Of a stretch of 64,000 nucleotides of DNA, positions 1 to 13,111 are shown one piece after another (position 1 is the stretch's first letter; every line of letters begins with the position of its first letter). A program made the translations under genes and the position numbers. A model generated the notes under the pieces. That model was not told the origin of the DNA and did not search any database. It saw only the letters and a program-made list of their open reading frames with translations. The DNA comes from Lama glama (taxonomy: Eukaryota): NCBI GenBank assembly GCA_028534125.1, contig CM052816.1, positions 94,242,001 through 94,306,000 on the forward strand, in the 5' to 3' direction.

Positions 1-1371
1 GTTTACATAAATTACTTTTTAAGACTCTTTGATTATCTTCCTCTGGTGGAGGAATAAATGATGCTAAATAACATATTTGATGCTAATTTGAACCAGAGTT
101 CATTAGTCTCAAATGCCCTCGCTCAAAAGTTTACAAATGATATAATGGCATTACTAATTATTTTTATGTTCAGTCTTCTTAATGTTGTGAATATTATTTT
201 TGAAGCCATGGAAACAAATAATTTCTTCTTAAATGATTTATTTTTTCCTCCAAAGAAAACCTGAAATAATAGTGAGAACAAAATGTCATCAAAGATTCAT
301 ACTTTACAAACAATTTTAGTCAGTTTCTATTTACTTTATTGGTTTTATCATCCTCTGATATTTTTAGTTTCTTAAAACTTAAAAAAGGAAATAATTCTTA
401 AAAAAGGAAATAAATGAAAATATTCTTTTGAGATAAGATGATACTTATGCTATATTCTATTCTGTTTGTTACATGTGACATTTTTATGACAGTGAAAAGA
501 AAATATTCTAAGATATTTTTATGAACCATAAATCTTAAAATTCAGAACATTCAAATCTCAGAAATCTCAAAATGGTAACACACACCCCTGCTCCCCATTG
601 TGTAATGCAATCCAGTGGAGTTGGCCATGCTGTGCAAACATCGAAACGACATGGAACTCATTCAAAGGGAAGCATGCAGGTTTCTAGAATATTCATTCAA
701 AACAGTTACAATGAGGTGAAAGATATATTAAAAGGTGGTGGAGTATTATATACATAGGTGATTTCGAAGAAAATAAATCTTGTGAAGTTTTTCAGTCTTC
801 AATCTCCAAGAATCTTGTGAGGAATTTTTCATGAATCTTCATATGAGGAATATGAAGAAAAATCTTTATTAGCCTGTCAAAAAATGGTGATTTGTCTCAG
901 TGATCTAATTATTTTATGGACCATTCATTAATCTTCTCATGTCTGTGCAGAATTATGTTCAAATAGCTCTGGAAATTTTCAAAAATAAAATATTCAATCC
1001 ATAACGTTATTTACAAAGACATGAACAATTCTGATTGTAAAACACAAAATTCTATTCCTTGGTTCCACTAAATGGTACAATAAAGCTAAGGACAGGTATT
1101 ATTTTCTTAATGACAGTATTTTTGCGTAACAACAGTATAGAAATAAATACATATAGGATTCTCATAAATGAGCTGAGAGATTATAAAATAAAGAGAAAGA
1201 CAAGCTCTAGGGAGAGAAGCTGGCTCACATTTTTTAAATCATGGAGTATGTTATGGTTTGATGATATTACAGAACTTAACAAATTAGCATCTCTAGAATA
1301 CTATAGTAAAAAGTTATCAAGCAGAATACCTATAAATCATGCTAAAATGAGAACTACAATTTTACTTGGGT

Positions 1372-1784
1372 TGTGAAGGAAAAGCTGGGCTGGGCTAACA
1401 AGATAAATCACAAATCTAAGTATTGGAATACTGATCTGAGTTCTGCTAGACTAACTTGTAAATCTAAGTTAACTAGTGTTGGTTTGCTGTTCATGTTTTT
1501 TGCTAGCCAGCTGGATTTTCAAAGATACATATCTGGCTTTGGAATGTTGGTTTGCTGCCTCCCTGCCTCCACTTTTGTGATGATGATGCTGCTAAAGCTG
1601 TTCCATGCCTATTGGCCGAATACCCCAAGCTTGTACTTCACCCTATAAAACCTCATGTGCACATCTTGAAGGTGCTCAGAGCTTCGGAGCAGAAGCCCCT
1701 CTGAGCCCGCTGGCGTAATACATCTGAGTACTCCAACCCTCCGAGTGGTGCCTGTTTCTTGACTGGCCTGTCATTTCCGTAACA
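1372..1784 (+). mobile_element. ERV1-class solo LTR (relatively young)
   Basis: TG...CA termini, 4-bp TSD GGGT (1368-1371 and 1785-1788), TATAAAA at ~1644, AATACA at ~1717, CpGs retained. Confidence 0.88.
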
Positions 1785-4700
1785 GGGTTAGCTTTCCAGA
1801 ACAAAGTGACATGGTGCCCCCAGGTCTTAATACATGATGCTGTATTAGATTCAGATTCAAACTCACCGTCTGTACTGGCTGATTGTTTGGGATGGGCAAT
1901 CTCTTCGTGACCCGCGGGCATCTCTGAAAGTCAAGAGTTCCTTTGTTACAACTCAAAAAGAGGAATCAATTTATTGACACACAGAAAGGAGTGCCTCCTT
2001 TTGCTTTCCAAAACTTACGCTGCTTCAGTGATTACGAGTTAATTGATCTATTCTCCTCTGTGAAAAAGCAGTCTAAATTCTTGGTTTTCTTGAAGGATGC
2101 TATCATGAGAAATGTTCTTGTCTCTTTGGAAGTGATGTATTTGAAGCCAGTCTGAGAAAGAATTTGAGTGTAAAAGCCTCCCTCATTTCAAGTATACAGT
2201 TAATTTTCTCAATAATTGTATTCAAATCCAATCTTAGAAAATCTTCTTCTCATGAGGTATTTATAATGTGAAGCATCAAAAAAAGGCATTGGAGGAGGGA
2301 AAAAAAGGACAACGTGTAAGAGTATGAAGCTCAGATTTTTAGTGTTTTCCCTCCTGCTTTTTTTGTGAAATGAAATGAAATGGAGGTGGTGAAGCATCTT
2401 TCTATTGAGAGCTTGGGTGTGAGATTTATATATTTGTTTCCTTCCTGTGAGCAGCGGCAATAGAAGGAAGCTATCAAAAAAACTTCTTGTACAGGCTTTC
2501 CTGTGAGAGAATTTAATCTGAGAACCAAATAGCATTAGGCTTGCAAGTGTCTGACATTTCTGTCCCAGGGCAGTTTTTCAGCAATTTTCCCCTTTCCCTT
2601 CAATGAAATTTGGCCTACGCTCTACACTCTCCTTTATTAAGAAAGGAAGAAGCATAAATAAAGGCCATTTTCTCACCGAATTAGATGCCAAAGGTGAAAT
2701 CACCAAAATAAAGCAAACTCTGGCTCCCGTGTGGAAAAGCATGACATATTTCACATGTAAATTTTGTGTTATTTGGACTCCGTTCTTCAAAAAATTAACA
2801 CTATTCACACAAATAATGGATTATGATTGGGGAATTATCTAAGTACTGATCTTTTCCTTTGTAAGAAAGTGTGAATTTTAGCAGTATTAAAATTTCATCT
2901 TTAATAATATTTGCAGGGAAACTTTTTTTTAAAATTCTGTTAAGAGGAAGTAACATAATGGGAAAAGTTCCAGAACCATATGCAAAATATATGAATTACT
3001 TTTCAGAAATTACTTTTCTAACATTTTTCATTATGATCCCTAAACAGAAAATGCTCTTCACTTCTAAAGACAAAAATTCTCTGATATTTGTTTAGGGTAT
3101 TTTTCACTTGTTTATTTTAATTGCAGGATGACTTTTTTTTTTTAAAGAACTGTCCTTTCAGCGAACGACATAACCAAGCAAATTATTTGCTATCAGCTTT
3201 GATTTTTTTTATTAAACATACACATATTTGCATACAAACACCATACTTACAGTTTCATGGGTCTAAGTTTTGCCCTCAAAATAATCTAAAACCATTATTT
3301 TAGTGATAAGACAACTGAAGCACAGAGATACTAAATGACTTGAACTTGCACCCGGAGAGCTACTTATGGAGAATAAAATGTAATAAATTTCTAATACAAG
3401 GTTCGCTTTATTGTTCAATGATCAAATGTATCCTACCAGTGAAACATCTGCTATTTTGGTATTGGTTTATATGTATGAGTGAGAATAGTCTTAATAATTT
3501 GTTTGATGCTATTTCCCTTTTGTATTGGTTTTGCTTCAAGGCACTTCACAATCATCTTTGAAATGAAATGTAGATTGTCTAATGTTAGAGATGGAGAAAA
3601 AAATAAGACGGGGAGAAACTCAAGGAAAGATTCAAGCCAGAATTACAACTTACATCTCTTGAAAAGAAATTCAGTTCTAAGCTACCTGTAAGACAGTGTT
3701 ACTGTCTGTAAAATTATTTCTTTCTTTAACATCTCCACTGTGCAAGAAGCTCATTTCCCAAATTTGCTGTCCATGGGTTGCATTGTTGTTTTATTAAGGT
3801 TGAGTGTAATAGTAGATGCAAAGACCGTTAGAATAAACTTCTGTCTCAATTTATTTGAGAACTCCTTTTTATGCTTCCCAAACTGTGTAACCTTTCTTTA
3901 AAATAAAAATTTTAAGTGCACCAAACACACTGACCCCTTTCTCGAACACTGGCACAACATTAATAGAATTAATGGGATTGTTTCACGGCATTATCAGAGT
4001 ATTCATAGAGTAGCACATTACGACTGGAGGTTACAGAGATATAAAAATAATAATCAGCAATCAGCCCAAAGCTGTATTTAGATTCCCAGGTGTAACACTG
4101 CACTATCTCCTGAATTCAGTTCCCGAAGGGATAGGACACATTTACAGCAATTAAACAACACTCTCTTTTATCTCAGGAAATGGTGAAAATCTATTTTCGC
4201 AATCAACAGCAATTATCGGTCCATTATCCCATTTTCCCCGAGGACTGTTCATGATCTTGGACCTCCTTAAACACATGTGCTCTCAACCGTAAGGGAATAG
4301 CCACCACATAGTAAAGACAGCTTAGCAACAGCCAATCATGAAATAGGAAGCACACATGGCAGGTTGCCTCAGAATGTTCAAGTAAATATGTAAAATTAAT
4401 AACATCCTGTATATGTAAAATTTCCATTCTGAAAATACACACCATGAAATATAACCAAAGATGTACTGATGATGTCAGTATAAATGGTATTCTCTAGAGC
4501 TGCGAGAGAAATGGCAAGAACTAAGATTTGGTGATCCAGGCATAAAAACCACAACGACTGCTTACCGTATGCAAAGCTCTCCTGGGGGCTGGCGCTGTAG
4601 AAGAACCCTACCTACCATGAGATTTAGTGAGAAGGTCTGACAGGTAAAGGCTTCAAGGTGAAATGTGATTAACGTCCTATAAGCAGGGCAAACCATGCTG

Positions 4701-7700
4701 GACAGTTATAGACACTTAAATCACTCCTGGATGGAGTAGCCAGGGAACATTTAATTTAAAAAGGAGCACTTCAACTGACATTTATCCTTTCTGGGGTAAT
4801 CTCAAAGATATCTGGACGAGTTAAGCTCACGCCACTGCATTTTCTGATCCAGGGCAAGGTGGAAAGGCATCCCTAAGACCAGTACACCCCCCCATCCCAG
4901 GCTATTTGGGAAGAGTATGGGGACATTAATCCTAAGAGGGATGTACCTCAAGCCAGAAGGTGAACGGTGGTAAATAGCATGGTATCCTTCGGTTGGCAAA
5001 GGCCAAAAGATCATGCTGTTAGTTGATCCTCCTTGAGACAAAGGTGAGAATGATTTGAACTTCCCTGGCTTAGAATCACTTCTGACCTCTGGGAAAAGAG
5101 AAAACATTCTCATAAAACAAATGGAGTCACCTGGGTCAATGTTGTCTGGGTTCACGTGAGTCTTAGCCATTTCCACATTTCGTGGAATGTGATTCCACTG
5201 GTTAAAAATTCCCAAGATGGAAAAGCAATCCGAGATCTCACAGCTATGCATATTGTTTTTACCCAAGAGCTTCCTCTCCAGATTATTGATCCAATGGGCT
5301 CTCATCCCTCCTCAGGCTACCTGTGAGCAAAATCTTTACAGGGGGAGGTAATGATGGTTCCCAGCATTCGAGAGAAAGCGAGCTTTGTTAAGAAGGCTGA
5401 AAATTCTCTCATCTTCATAGTAATAGCAAGCTTTCCCATTTGCTTTACAAAGGAATATTCTGGTTAATCAAGATTTAGTTCAAGAACCCTTTGGAAGATT
5501 TCCTTCTTAACTAAATTAAAGAAGAAAAAAGAAGGAGCCAATCTTGCATATGTATTTTGTTTATGCTGAGATAAAACACAGATCTCATCAGAAAGTCTCT
5601 AACGTGATAACTTCAAAGCTCTTCCTTACAATACTTTCCACCATAAACCAGTGTTTCTTCTTGAAATCAGGTCGAGAAGAAATGTGTGTCTTAGATCCTG
5701 TTTTGTTCTCTTTCTGCCACGGCAGAGTTAAAGCTATTTTTTACAACTTTAATTACTAATGTTTATCACAGTGCAAAATATTTCAATTTAAATCACATGT
5801 TCAACTTATTGTGCCACTTAATTTATAATTTATTATCCACACCATTTTTTTTCCATACCCATTTCAATATTTCAGAAGGAAACAAATGCAGGGGTGGGGG
5901 TGGAGGGATAGATATTTATACAATGATACTCAGGCTTCCCTATTTTCAAACTAGATCAAGATGCTCACTGTAACTGATATCAAAACCTTCCTGAAGTTAT
6001 TCCCAGTTGTGAGCATGGTGTTTGCTCTTATCCCTGTGGAGAAAATCCTATAATTCATTCCAGATTCATCTCAAATCCAAACTGTTCACTGTAAAAATTA
6101 ACCACTATGACACTAGAGCATCTAATTTTGCCACAATCATAGCATTTATCAAAGTTTACATTTGGCCACTATCATTGCATTTTTTTTGTGATTTCAACAT
6201 ATATATTTGTTTATTGACTCAATTATTCAATTTGTTATTTAATAAATGCTGTCATTATTCTAAACTCTGTAAAAGAAAAATGTGTCAGACTTGAATATGC
6301 TACCTCCAAACTTTCTGTTAAAGTGAAATTTTAGACACGTATATAGATTTTTTTTGGTTTTTATTTTTTCTATTTTGCAGTTTTGTTAGGTAGAATTGTT
6401 ACAATTTGACTGCACGTATGCATGTAAATACATCTATATGACATACTGCATGTATTTTTAAAAATTTCCATCTATGTACTGTTCATTGTTTCTAAGAACA
6501 GTTTAGAGCTTCAGCTTTTTAAACTTACATAGTTAGCAAAGGAATAAGGCCGACTACAAAATAAGAATCAACAGAATGCAGTAATCCTGTCACAAAGGAC
6601 AGTCACATGTGCTCACACATATTCAAGAAATCAGTCGTGTACACAGATGTTTTTGACGCAGAGCTGAGAATATGAAGTAATGAGCATGAGAGGCTCCAAT
6701 TAAGAGTTGTAGGAACTCATAAACAGGGAAAAGGGGAGTATCAGAGGATGGTGATGGAGAGCGCAGAGAACCCCATGGCTAAGCTGTTTGGGATCTGAAT
6801 TTTTTCAACAGCAGAATTCAATGGTCCGGTACAGCCTTCAGGAAAATTAAGCTGGCAGCAATGGTTATGTTGAATCAGACTGAGGATGGCTAGAATGTGG
6901 GAGAGCACTGTGCTACGTGACATTTAATGAGAACCTAAATTAGGGAGGTGTCAGGGAAAGAAAAGAGAGAGAGAAATAGAGCCAAGGTCAGTTTTCAAGG
7001 TCCTTTTAGCTCCATGCAGACACTGGGGATGAGATATCGGAGGCAGGGGTAGGAATCAATGTTTTGGGGAACTGCACGACTGGAAGGTTTGTGAGAAAAG
7101 GATTCAAACATACATGAAGTGAAACCTAGCCTGGAAAAGAAGGCAATTTCAGACGGGACAGTCAAGAATGAAGGTTAGTAAGACACGCATCCACAATTTA
7201 GGAGACATGCACATAATTCTGTTACAAAACCTCAGCAGGAATTTTAAAATCCACCTGGAAGTATGTGAAAGAATGGTCTAATGAAACTTCTGGGAAGATA
7301 TATAGAAAAACAGACAAACTGGGCTGAAGACACCCTTCCCTTAAGAGGGTGATTCTTACAAGGAAATTGATAGTAGGCTATGATTACCCCTGGGCTGCCC
7401 TGATGGATGGCAGGGACATACTGTATTGACTTTCAAGAAAATTTAAAGGCAGACTTTCAAAATATGTTTGCGATATTTAACCATTCCAGAATCTCTGCCA
7501 AGGATTTTATGTACATTTTTATAAGGCAAATTAAGAGGAGTAGATTAAGTGCTTAAGTAGATTCAGTAGATTAATTTTCTGCTCTAATATTTGCTTGTTT
7601 CTTTGCAACAACATTTCTTTCTTTGCAATATAATATCTTATTGATAATATTACTCCTAATGATGGACTGAGAGGCTAAATAGACAAATAGGCTTTGATCA

Positions 7701-8189
7701 GGCTGTGGGTGACAAGAGAAGTCTGACTCACAACCTCTTAGCAAGCAGCTAAGGAAGCCACACACCAGCCTCTGAAGGTTTTGGACCCAGAGAGGTCAGG
7801 ACATGGCCAAGGACTGCCAGCTTTTTCATTTTTGCCCCTGCTAAGAAGCAGGACCAACTAAAGAAAGTCACATATGTTCTTCAAACCAATCACAGGAGAT
7901 GCCCACTTCCAGTTCCCTGCCTCCAGCTTCCCCACGTCAACAGTCTCCAGTACAAGCACATCTGAAGCCTTCTCCTTTTGCACGACAAACCTCCCCCATT
8001 CCTCTCTGAGTCTCCACAGTTCGGAGCGCACATCCTTACTGACAGCAGGTGCGCTTTTGAAGGAGTGCGTGACTTTGGGGTGCTTGGGAAACAAAACATT
8101 TTCTCATTAACTGGTACACCCACTGAAAAGAAAAATAGACCACAAGTTAAGAAACCTTTAGGTGTACCCTTGTTTCTAGAGAGATGGCT

Positions 8190-9435
8190 ATTATGAAGCT
8201 TTAAGCCCATGTAAAAAGATAGTATGGAAACTAAAAGAAATTCTCCAGCCAAGCAGGTAGTCTTCCTGACCAGTTACAATTCTATCTACAGCCTCAAAGG
8301 ATAAATCTCCGGAGGGATTCAAAAAGGCCATTATAAAACACAGCGTTTAGTTTCTGATTATGAAAAAAGAGTGAAACCATTTGGTTGTGCCCTGCATTCA
8401 GATCATCTCTGGCTCTCCCAAGATAGACCCTTGGTGGTACCAGATGATTTTAACTGGAGACAGCTAAATTCTCCATGAAACTGCTCACGATGATACAGAC
8501 AAACTGACTGCTTGTCTTAAATCAACCTTCATGGGGAAAATTTAAAAAGACAGCTGACGTATTTTCACGGCATATGTCAACAACGTAACTGTATAGATCA
8601 CCCACAGCCAAAGATTCTAAAGTCCCTTTGAACCCAGTGAGATGGATTTTTATTCAGGGTCCCTTCTTCATGGGGTTTGAATATGTTTAGTAATTATGTA
8701 TCTATTTTCAGAATGGGGCTGAAAGTTTTCGTTTCTGAAGATCTATAGCAATTACAGTTGCTAAAAAGCTGCTTGATTTTGTTTCCAACTTTTTTATAAA
8801 GGGACTGAGACATGCACTTTACAGGACCCGTGATTTTTAAAAACTCTTAACATTTTTTAATAAACACTTACTCAAAATCTACACTGCTGTTATTACCTGC
8901 AATCTTATGGGAAGGTTGAAAGAACCAAGGACATCCTTACATTAGAATTAGCAAAGCTTTCAGAAACCCTTGAGCTCCCTCTTCCGGGAACGCCCCCCTG
9001 GCCTTCACAGCCACGTGGTTCACTCCCTTAGCACTGCATCTGTTATCTCCTTGTGAACCAGTAGCTGGAAGACTGATGCCTTTAGGAATCTCACCTTCTT
9101 ACTTCTCTGCTGCATGAAGACTTCTCAAAATGATCCAAGGGACTCACATGCTCTATCCAGCCCTATCACCAACAGGTTAGGGTCACCTTCCCGTAACACC
9201 TTCCTGAACAGTCTCTCCATAATATTCAACCAGAAGATTCCGTGTGTCAGAGGGCACATCTTGAACTACATTGAAAGGGACCTTAAAACACCATCAGACG
9301 GATTTTATTCACCTCCTACTCTCCAGGGGATTTGAATGTGTTTTTCTGACTGGATCTTATCAGGTACTGCCCACAACAGATACAGCAATGAAATTCTAAA
9401 GAGTCGATACTTAGGTTCACATTTCACAATGAAAG
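8190..9435 (+). pseudogene. ERV pol remnant (RNase H C-terminus and integrase)
   Basis: LHETAHDDTDKL (HHCC zinc motif, 8471-8506), MDF...GFEY core start (~8640-8690), GKVERT (8909-8926), GSYQVLPTTDTAMK...VHISQ (9352-9429); many stops and frameshifts. Confidence 0.82.
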
Positions 9436-9649
9436 AATCAACTCAGAATTCCACACAATTTGAAGACGATTCCAAGGGGGATCCCATGCCAAGGATTCTC
9501 AGAGACCCACCGCCTTCAGTCTCACAGGCTGCTGGAGAGCCACCCATCTCCAGACTCCCACGGTACCTCCCCTCTGGGCAGTTCTGGTCTCATCAAACGA
9601 AACCTTACAAAACTACAGCTGATGGTATTTCCACCTGCAGCTCCAGGGG

Positions 9650-10705
9650 CAAATGACCTTACTTAAACAAATCCACCCATGACCAGAAAAAGAGCCGATT
9701 ATTACAATCTGTTTGTTAGACCTTAGGTAATTCTAAATTTGAATTCAGCAACCTTTACAGGACAATAAGCTAACTCCTTGCCACCAAGAAGATACTGCTA
9801 GGGATCCAAATATGTAACCCAGATTATTTAAAGTCATGGTTTGAACCTGGTGTAATAAACATCTGTTCTCCCAGATCACCATGTGCCGCTACCAGATATG
9901 ACTTCCTTTGTGGTCAAGATACCTGGACCTGCTTGTCTCAGACCGAAGCCTCCTGCACTTTAAGGTGGTATTTCAAAACTTCTCTGTACACAGAGACACT
10001 AATCCCATAAATAACCAAGGCAGGCGATTCCAAACCAGACATGAGCTTCAAAACAAGGGCATTCTTGATTTCGCAGGCAATCTACCAGGGAGAAATACTG
10101 ACTCACTGTTTATGTGCACAATCAGGGCGGTGTTCCCAGTGGAGGGGAATTATACAAACAGAAAAGACTGTAATAAACTCTTCACTACCTTTGACAAATA
10201 TTATTAATGATAACCCTTTTGTCATAAATGGAATCTAGATCAGTCTCAACTTGGTAAAAGTCATGATAGATAATTACTCTGCTCTAGATTTCTTGTTGGC
10301 GAGTCAGGGTGGTTTCTGTGCCATCGCTAAGACTTTGTGTTGCATTTGGATCAGTGAAATGGATGAGGTATGATGGGCTACACAATGCCTTAAGGGAAAA
10401 AAAATTACCTGGCTCTCTGAGGCTGATCCTCATGCTGTATGGGATTTGCTCTCTTGGTCTGAATTGGGCGACTGGGGTTGATGGTTCCAAAGCACCTCAC
10501 AGGGAATGTTGTTTATTCTCCTGCTTTTGTCATGATGGTCCTGATGGTGGTCTGATGCATTCTATCCCAGAATCTTCGATTCTTTTATGAAGTTGCTCTC
10601 TTGCCAGACGATCTCCATGACAACGCAACAACAAAAAGGTCAAGAAGATCTCAAAGTACAGTTGACTAAGGAGAATTACCACAACCCCCAAGCAGTACAG
10701 AGCTA
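9650..10705 (+). pseudogene. ERV env remnant (gamma-type TM subunit)
   Basis: DNYSALDFLLASQGGFCAIAKTLCCIWI (10269-10352) = immunosuppressive domain plus CX6CC; Trp-rich membrane-proximal and hydrophobic segment at ~10410-10530; disrupted by stops and frameshifts. Confidence 0.88.
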
Positions 10706-11129
10706 GATCTTGTGGCTCCCTGACCTAGTCAACTTCCCACGGACAAGAGGGCAACCAAAATGGGGATTAAGATTTGAATATACAAATGGGTGTATGCACA
10801 GACAAAGAGATAACGACTAGGCCATATGTAACAGTGGAGCTCTAACCACGGGTTCTGTAGCTGCCAGCCCAGGAAGCCAAACCACAGTGTCTGAAGCAGT
10901 CAGCCAGAGCAGTGAGACTTGTTCAGCCCCTGCCAGCTTCCCTGTGTTCTCTCAGCACCTTCAAGTCAGGCCAGGTCCTTCTAGCCGGCTCACCTCCAGC
11001 CTCTCCATGCCTGCGTCTCCAATAAGAGCTCACCCAAAGACTTCCATTTACAGCTCTATAGCTTTCCCTCTCCCCACCACTGACTTTGAGTCTCTCCAAC
11101 ATGCGGAGTGTGTACCACGGGCCTGGCAT

Positions 11130-11525
11130 TATTTTATGCCCTGAGTTGATCCAGGTCCTCTGAGAAGCAAAATGGATTCAGACATGAAAGAGATTTACTA
11201 GGGTGGAATCCATATAGGAACATGGGAAGGGAGCTGGGGAGGGTTGGGAGAGCTCTCAGTGATGCTGGGCTGGCCCCTGGGAAGAAAGGAAGGAAGGGAT
11301 GTAGGAGGAGACAGAGAACTGAGAATGCGGCCGGGAGTGCAGTTCTAAGAAAATTTCTATAAAGCCAAGGCGAGTGCTCAAGTCTTGAAGCCACGGCCTT
11401 CGGTATTTCTGTCAGGCTTGGCCAATGGCCAGGAGGAGCTGCTGGTGAGGGGTGTGGCCTCAGAGTAAGGGCATTGTGGATCTCAGAGAGCAGCAGATGG
11501 GCCTTTGGCCAGTTACATTCCACAA
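11130..11525 (-). mobile_element. Old ERVL-class LTR (LTR33/LTR16-like)
   Basis: gatccaggtcctctgagaagca...aagagatttactaggg resembles the recalled reverse strand of LTR33/LTR16. Confidence 0.5.
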
Positions 11526-11544
11526 GGCAGAAGGTTCCAGAGGC

Positions 11545-12373
11545 TGGTTATGGGCTGAATTGTGTCTATCCTCAATTCTTGTTGAAGTCCCAACCCCCAG
11601 GACCTTAGAATGTAATCATATTTGGAGATAGGGCCATTAAAGGGGTGACTGAGTCAGGGTGAGGCCATTAGTATAGAGCCCTCTTCCCATGCAACCACTG
11701 TCTTTATAAAAAGAAGACACACCATGGATGCACGTGCCCAGAGGAAAAGTCATGTGAGGACTCAGCGAGAAGGTGGGAGAAACCAAAGTTGAGGACACTT
11801 TTGTTGCAGCAAAGTGTGTTACAGCTCAGTGTTACAGCAACCTGGATTCGGGTGAGAGACCTAGCAGCACTTGGAGGGTTGGAGAACTCAGGTTTATTAC
11901 ACCAGTGGGCCCAGAGGAGTTAACACTCCAAGCTCTGGACCCCGTCTGTAGGTTTACACAGGCTTTTATAGGCTACCAGTCTAGACTTTGCAACATTTTG
12001 CAACATCATATGCAAATAAGGTATAACAAAGGTGACTAATTAGGAATAAGCTTTGTAGAAATGGACCAATCAGGAGTGAGCTCCATGTGAATGAAGCATT
12101 ACAAATGGACCAATGAAGAGTTAGCTCAGGGAACCAATAGAATCTTAGGGGTAAGTTTTGCTTTCCTAGAAGTAAGCAGTTCCAGAGTTTAAAAAGTGAG
12201 ATAATGCCACTGGGCCAGGGAACTGGATGGTGCTGGCAGGAAAGTAGTGGCCCTGCCTGGGCTTCCCATCTCACCTTGATGGTGGAATTCCAGGTATCAA
12301 AATTGTGAGAAATAAATTTCTGTTGTTTAAGTCACCCAGTCTGTGGTGTTTCTTGTTGGGGCAGTGAGAGCAA
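11545..12373 (+). mobile_element. MaLR LTR (MLT1A/B-like), split by a younger solo LTR
   Basis: ttatgggctgaattgtgtc start; gacac|cttgat junction interrupted; tgtgagaaataaatttctgttgtttaagtcacccagtctgtgg end. Confidence 0.85.
11802..12273 (-). mobile_element. ERV1-class solo LTR nested in MLT1, related to the LTR at 1372-1784
   Basis: TG...CA termini, TSD cttt/cctt (one mismatch). Reverse complement shares aataaacctgagttctccaaccctcc with aatacatctgagtactccaaccctcc of the first LTR. Confidence 0.85.
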
Positions 12374-12419
12374 CAGTTTCAGGATTGCCACAGCTCTATA
12401 GAGTGTGTGTGTGTGTGTG

Positions 12420-12580
12420 TGTAAACTGATTCATCTTCACAAAACCCTGTGAGACAGGTACTATTATAATCCTCCTTTTCTGAGACAAAGAGAGCTTAAC
12501 TATATCCAAGTTCATGCTGCTAGTAACTAATGAGGTCAAGATTTGCACCAAGATGGTCTGGCTCTAGAATCCACTTAAGT
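12420..12580 (-). mobile_element. MIR SINE fragment preceded by (GT)n
   Basis: cttcacaaaaccctgtgagacaggtactattataatcc is MIR core-like; (GT)n at ~12403-12422. Confidence 0.65.
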
Positions 12581-12930
12581 ATATGGCATCATGTTTAGTG
12601 TCATTGCTTTGGAACTCAAGTCACAGCCTTCTCCATTTTTACATTTTGTGCTTCTGTATAGCTAACTTCGGGTGTCTCTCATTTTGTCACCATTTTTTTT
12701 TGAGGAATTTAAGATATAAAAAACAAATGAATGATAATTTTTCTAATATTGTTAACTTTTCAGGAACGTCAAAAACTTGTCGTTTAAAAAAATAAAACTC
12801 TTTGATTTAGCAGTGTCATTTGGTTTAATTACATGCTGATCGTTATAGCCAGGAAGAGGTAATGTCTTGCATGATCAACGTATATTGGTTCTCTGTATCA
12901 TGGTGCATGCCACACAAGAAGTCTTTATTC

Positions 12931-13111
12931 CATAAAATAGATTCAGCAACAAGGTTCTACTGTTCAGCACAAGGAACTATATTCAATACCTTGTAATAAC
13001 CTATAAGGAAAAATAATATGAACAGCTATATATATATATGTACAAATGAATCACTATGCTGTACACTAGAAATTAACACAATGTTGTAAATCGACTATAG
13101 TTCAATTAAAA
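12931..13111 (+). mobile_element. 5'-truncated L1 3' end (cetartiodactyl type)
   Basis: ttgtaaatcgactatagttcaattaaaaaa terminus; 12-bp TSD aagtctttattc (12919-12930 and 13112-13123). Confidence 0.88.

Larger units (their letters stand above)
7668..11120 (+). mobile_element. Decayed, internally deleted ERV1 (gamma-type) provirus: 5'LTR, RNaseH end/integrase, env, 3'LTR
   Basis: Two diverged LTR copies (~7668-8060 and ~10770-11120; aggaagccacacaccagcctctgaag vs aggaagccaaaccacagtgtctgaag), purine tract before the 3' LTR, and integrase and env motifs between. No gag, pro or RT remnants recognised. Confidence 0.82.

Noticed and set aside
4802..5305. 167-aa minus-strand ORF
   Set aside because: No recognisable domain, promoter or splice context; probably a chance ORF in old repeat-derived DNA.
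9908..10590. Intact captured env (syncytin- or HEMO-like) gene
   Set aside because: The env is broken by multiple stops and frameshifts; no long ORF remains.
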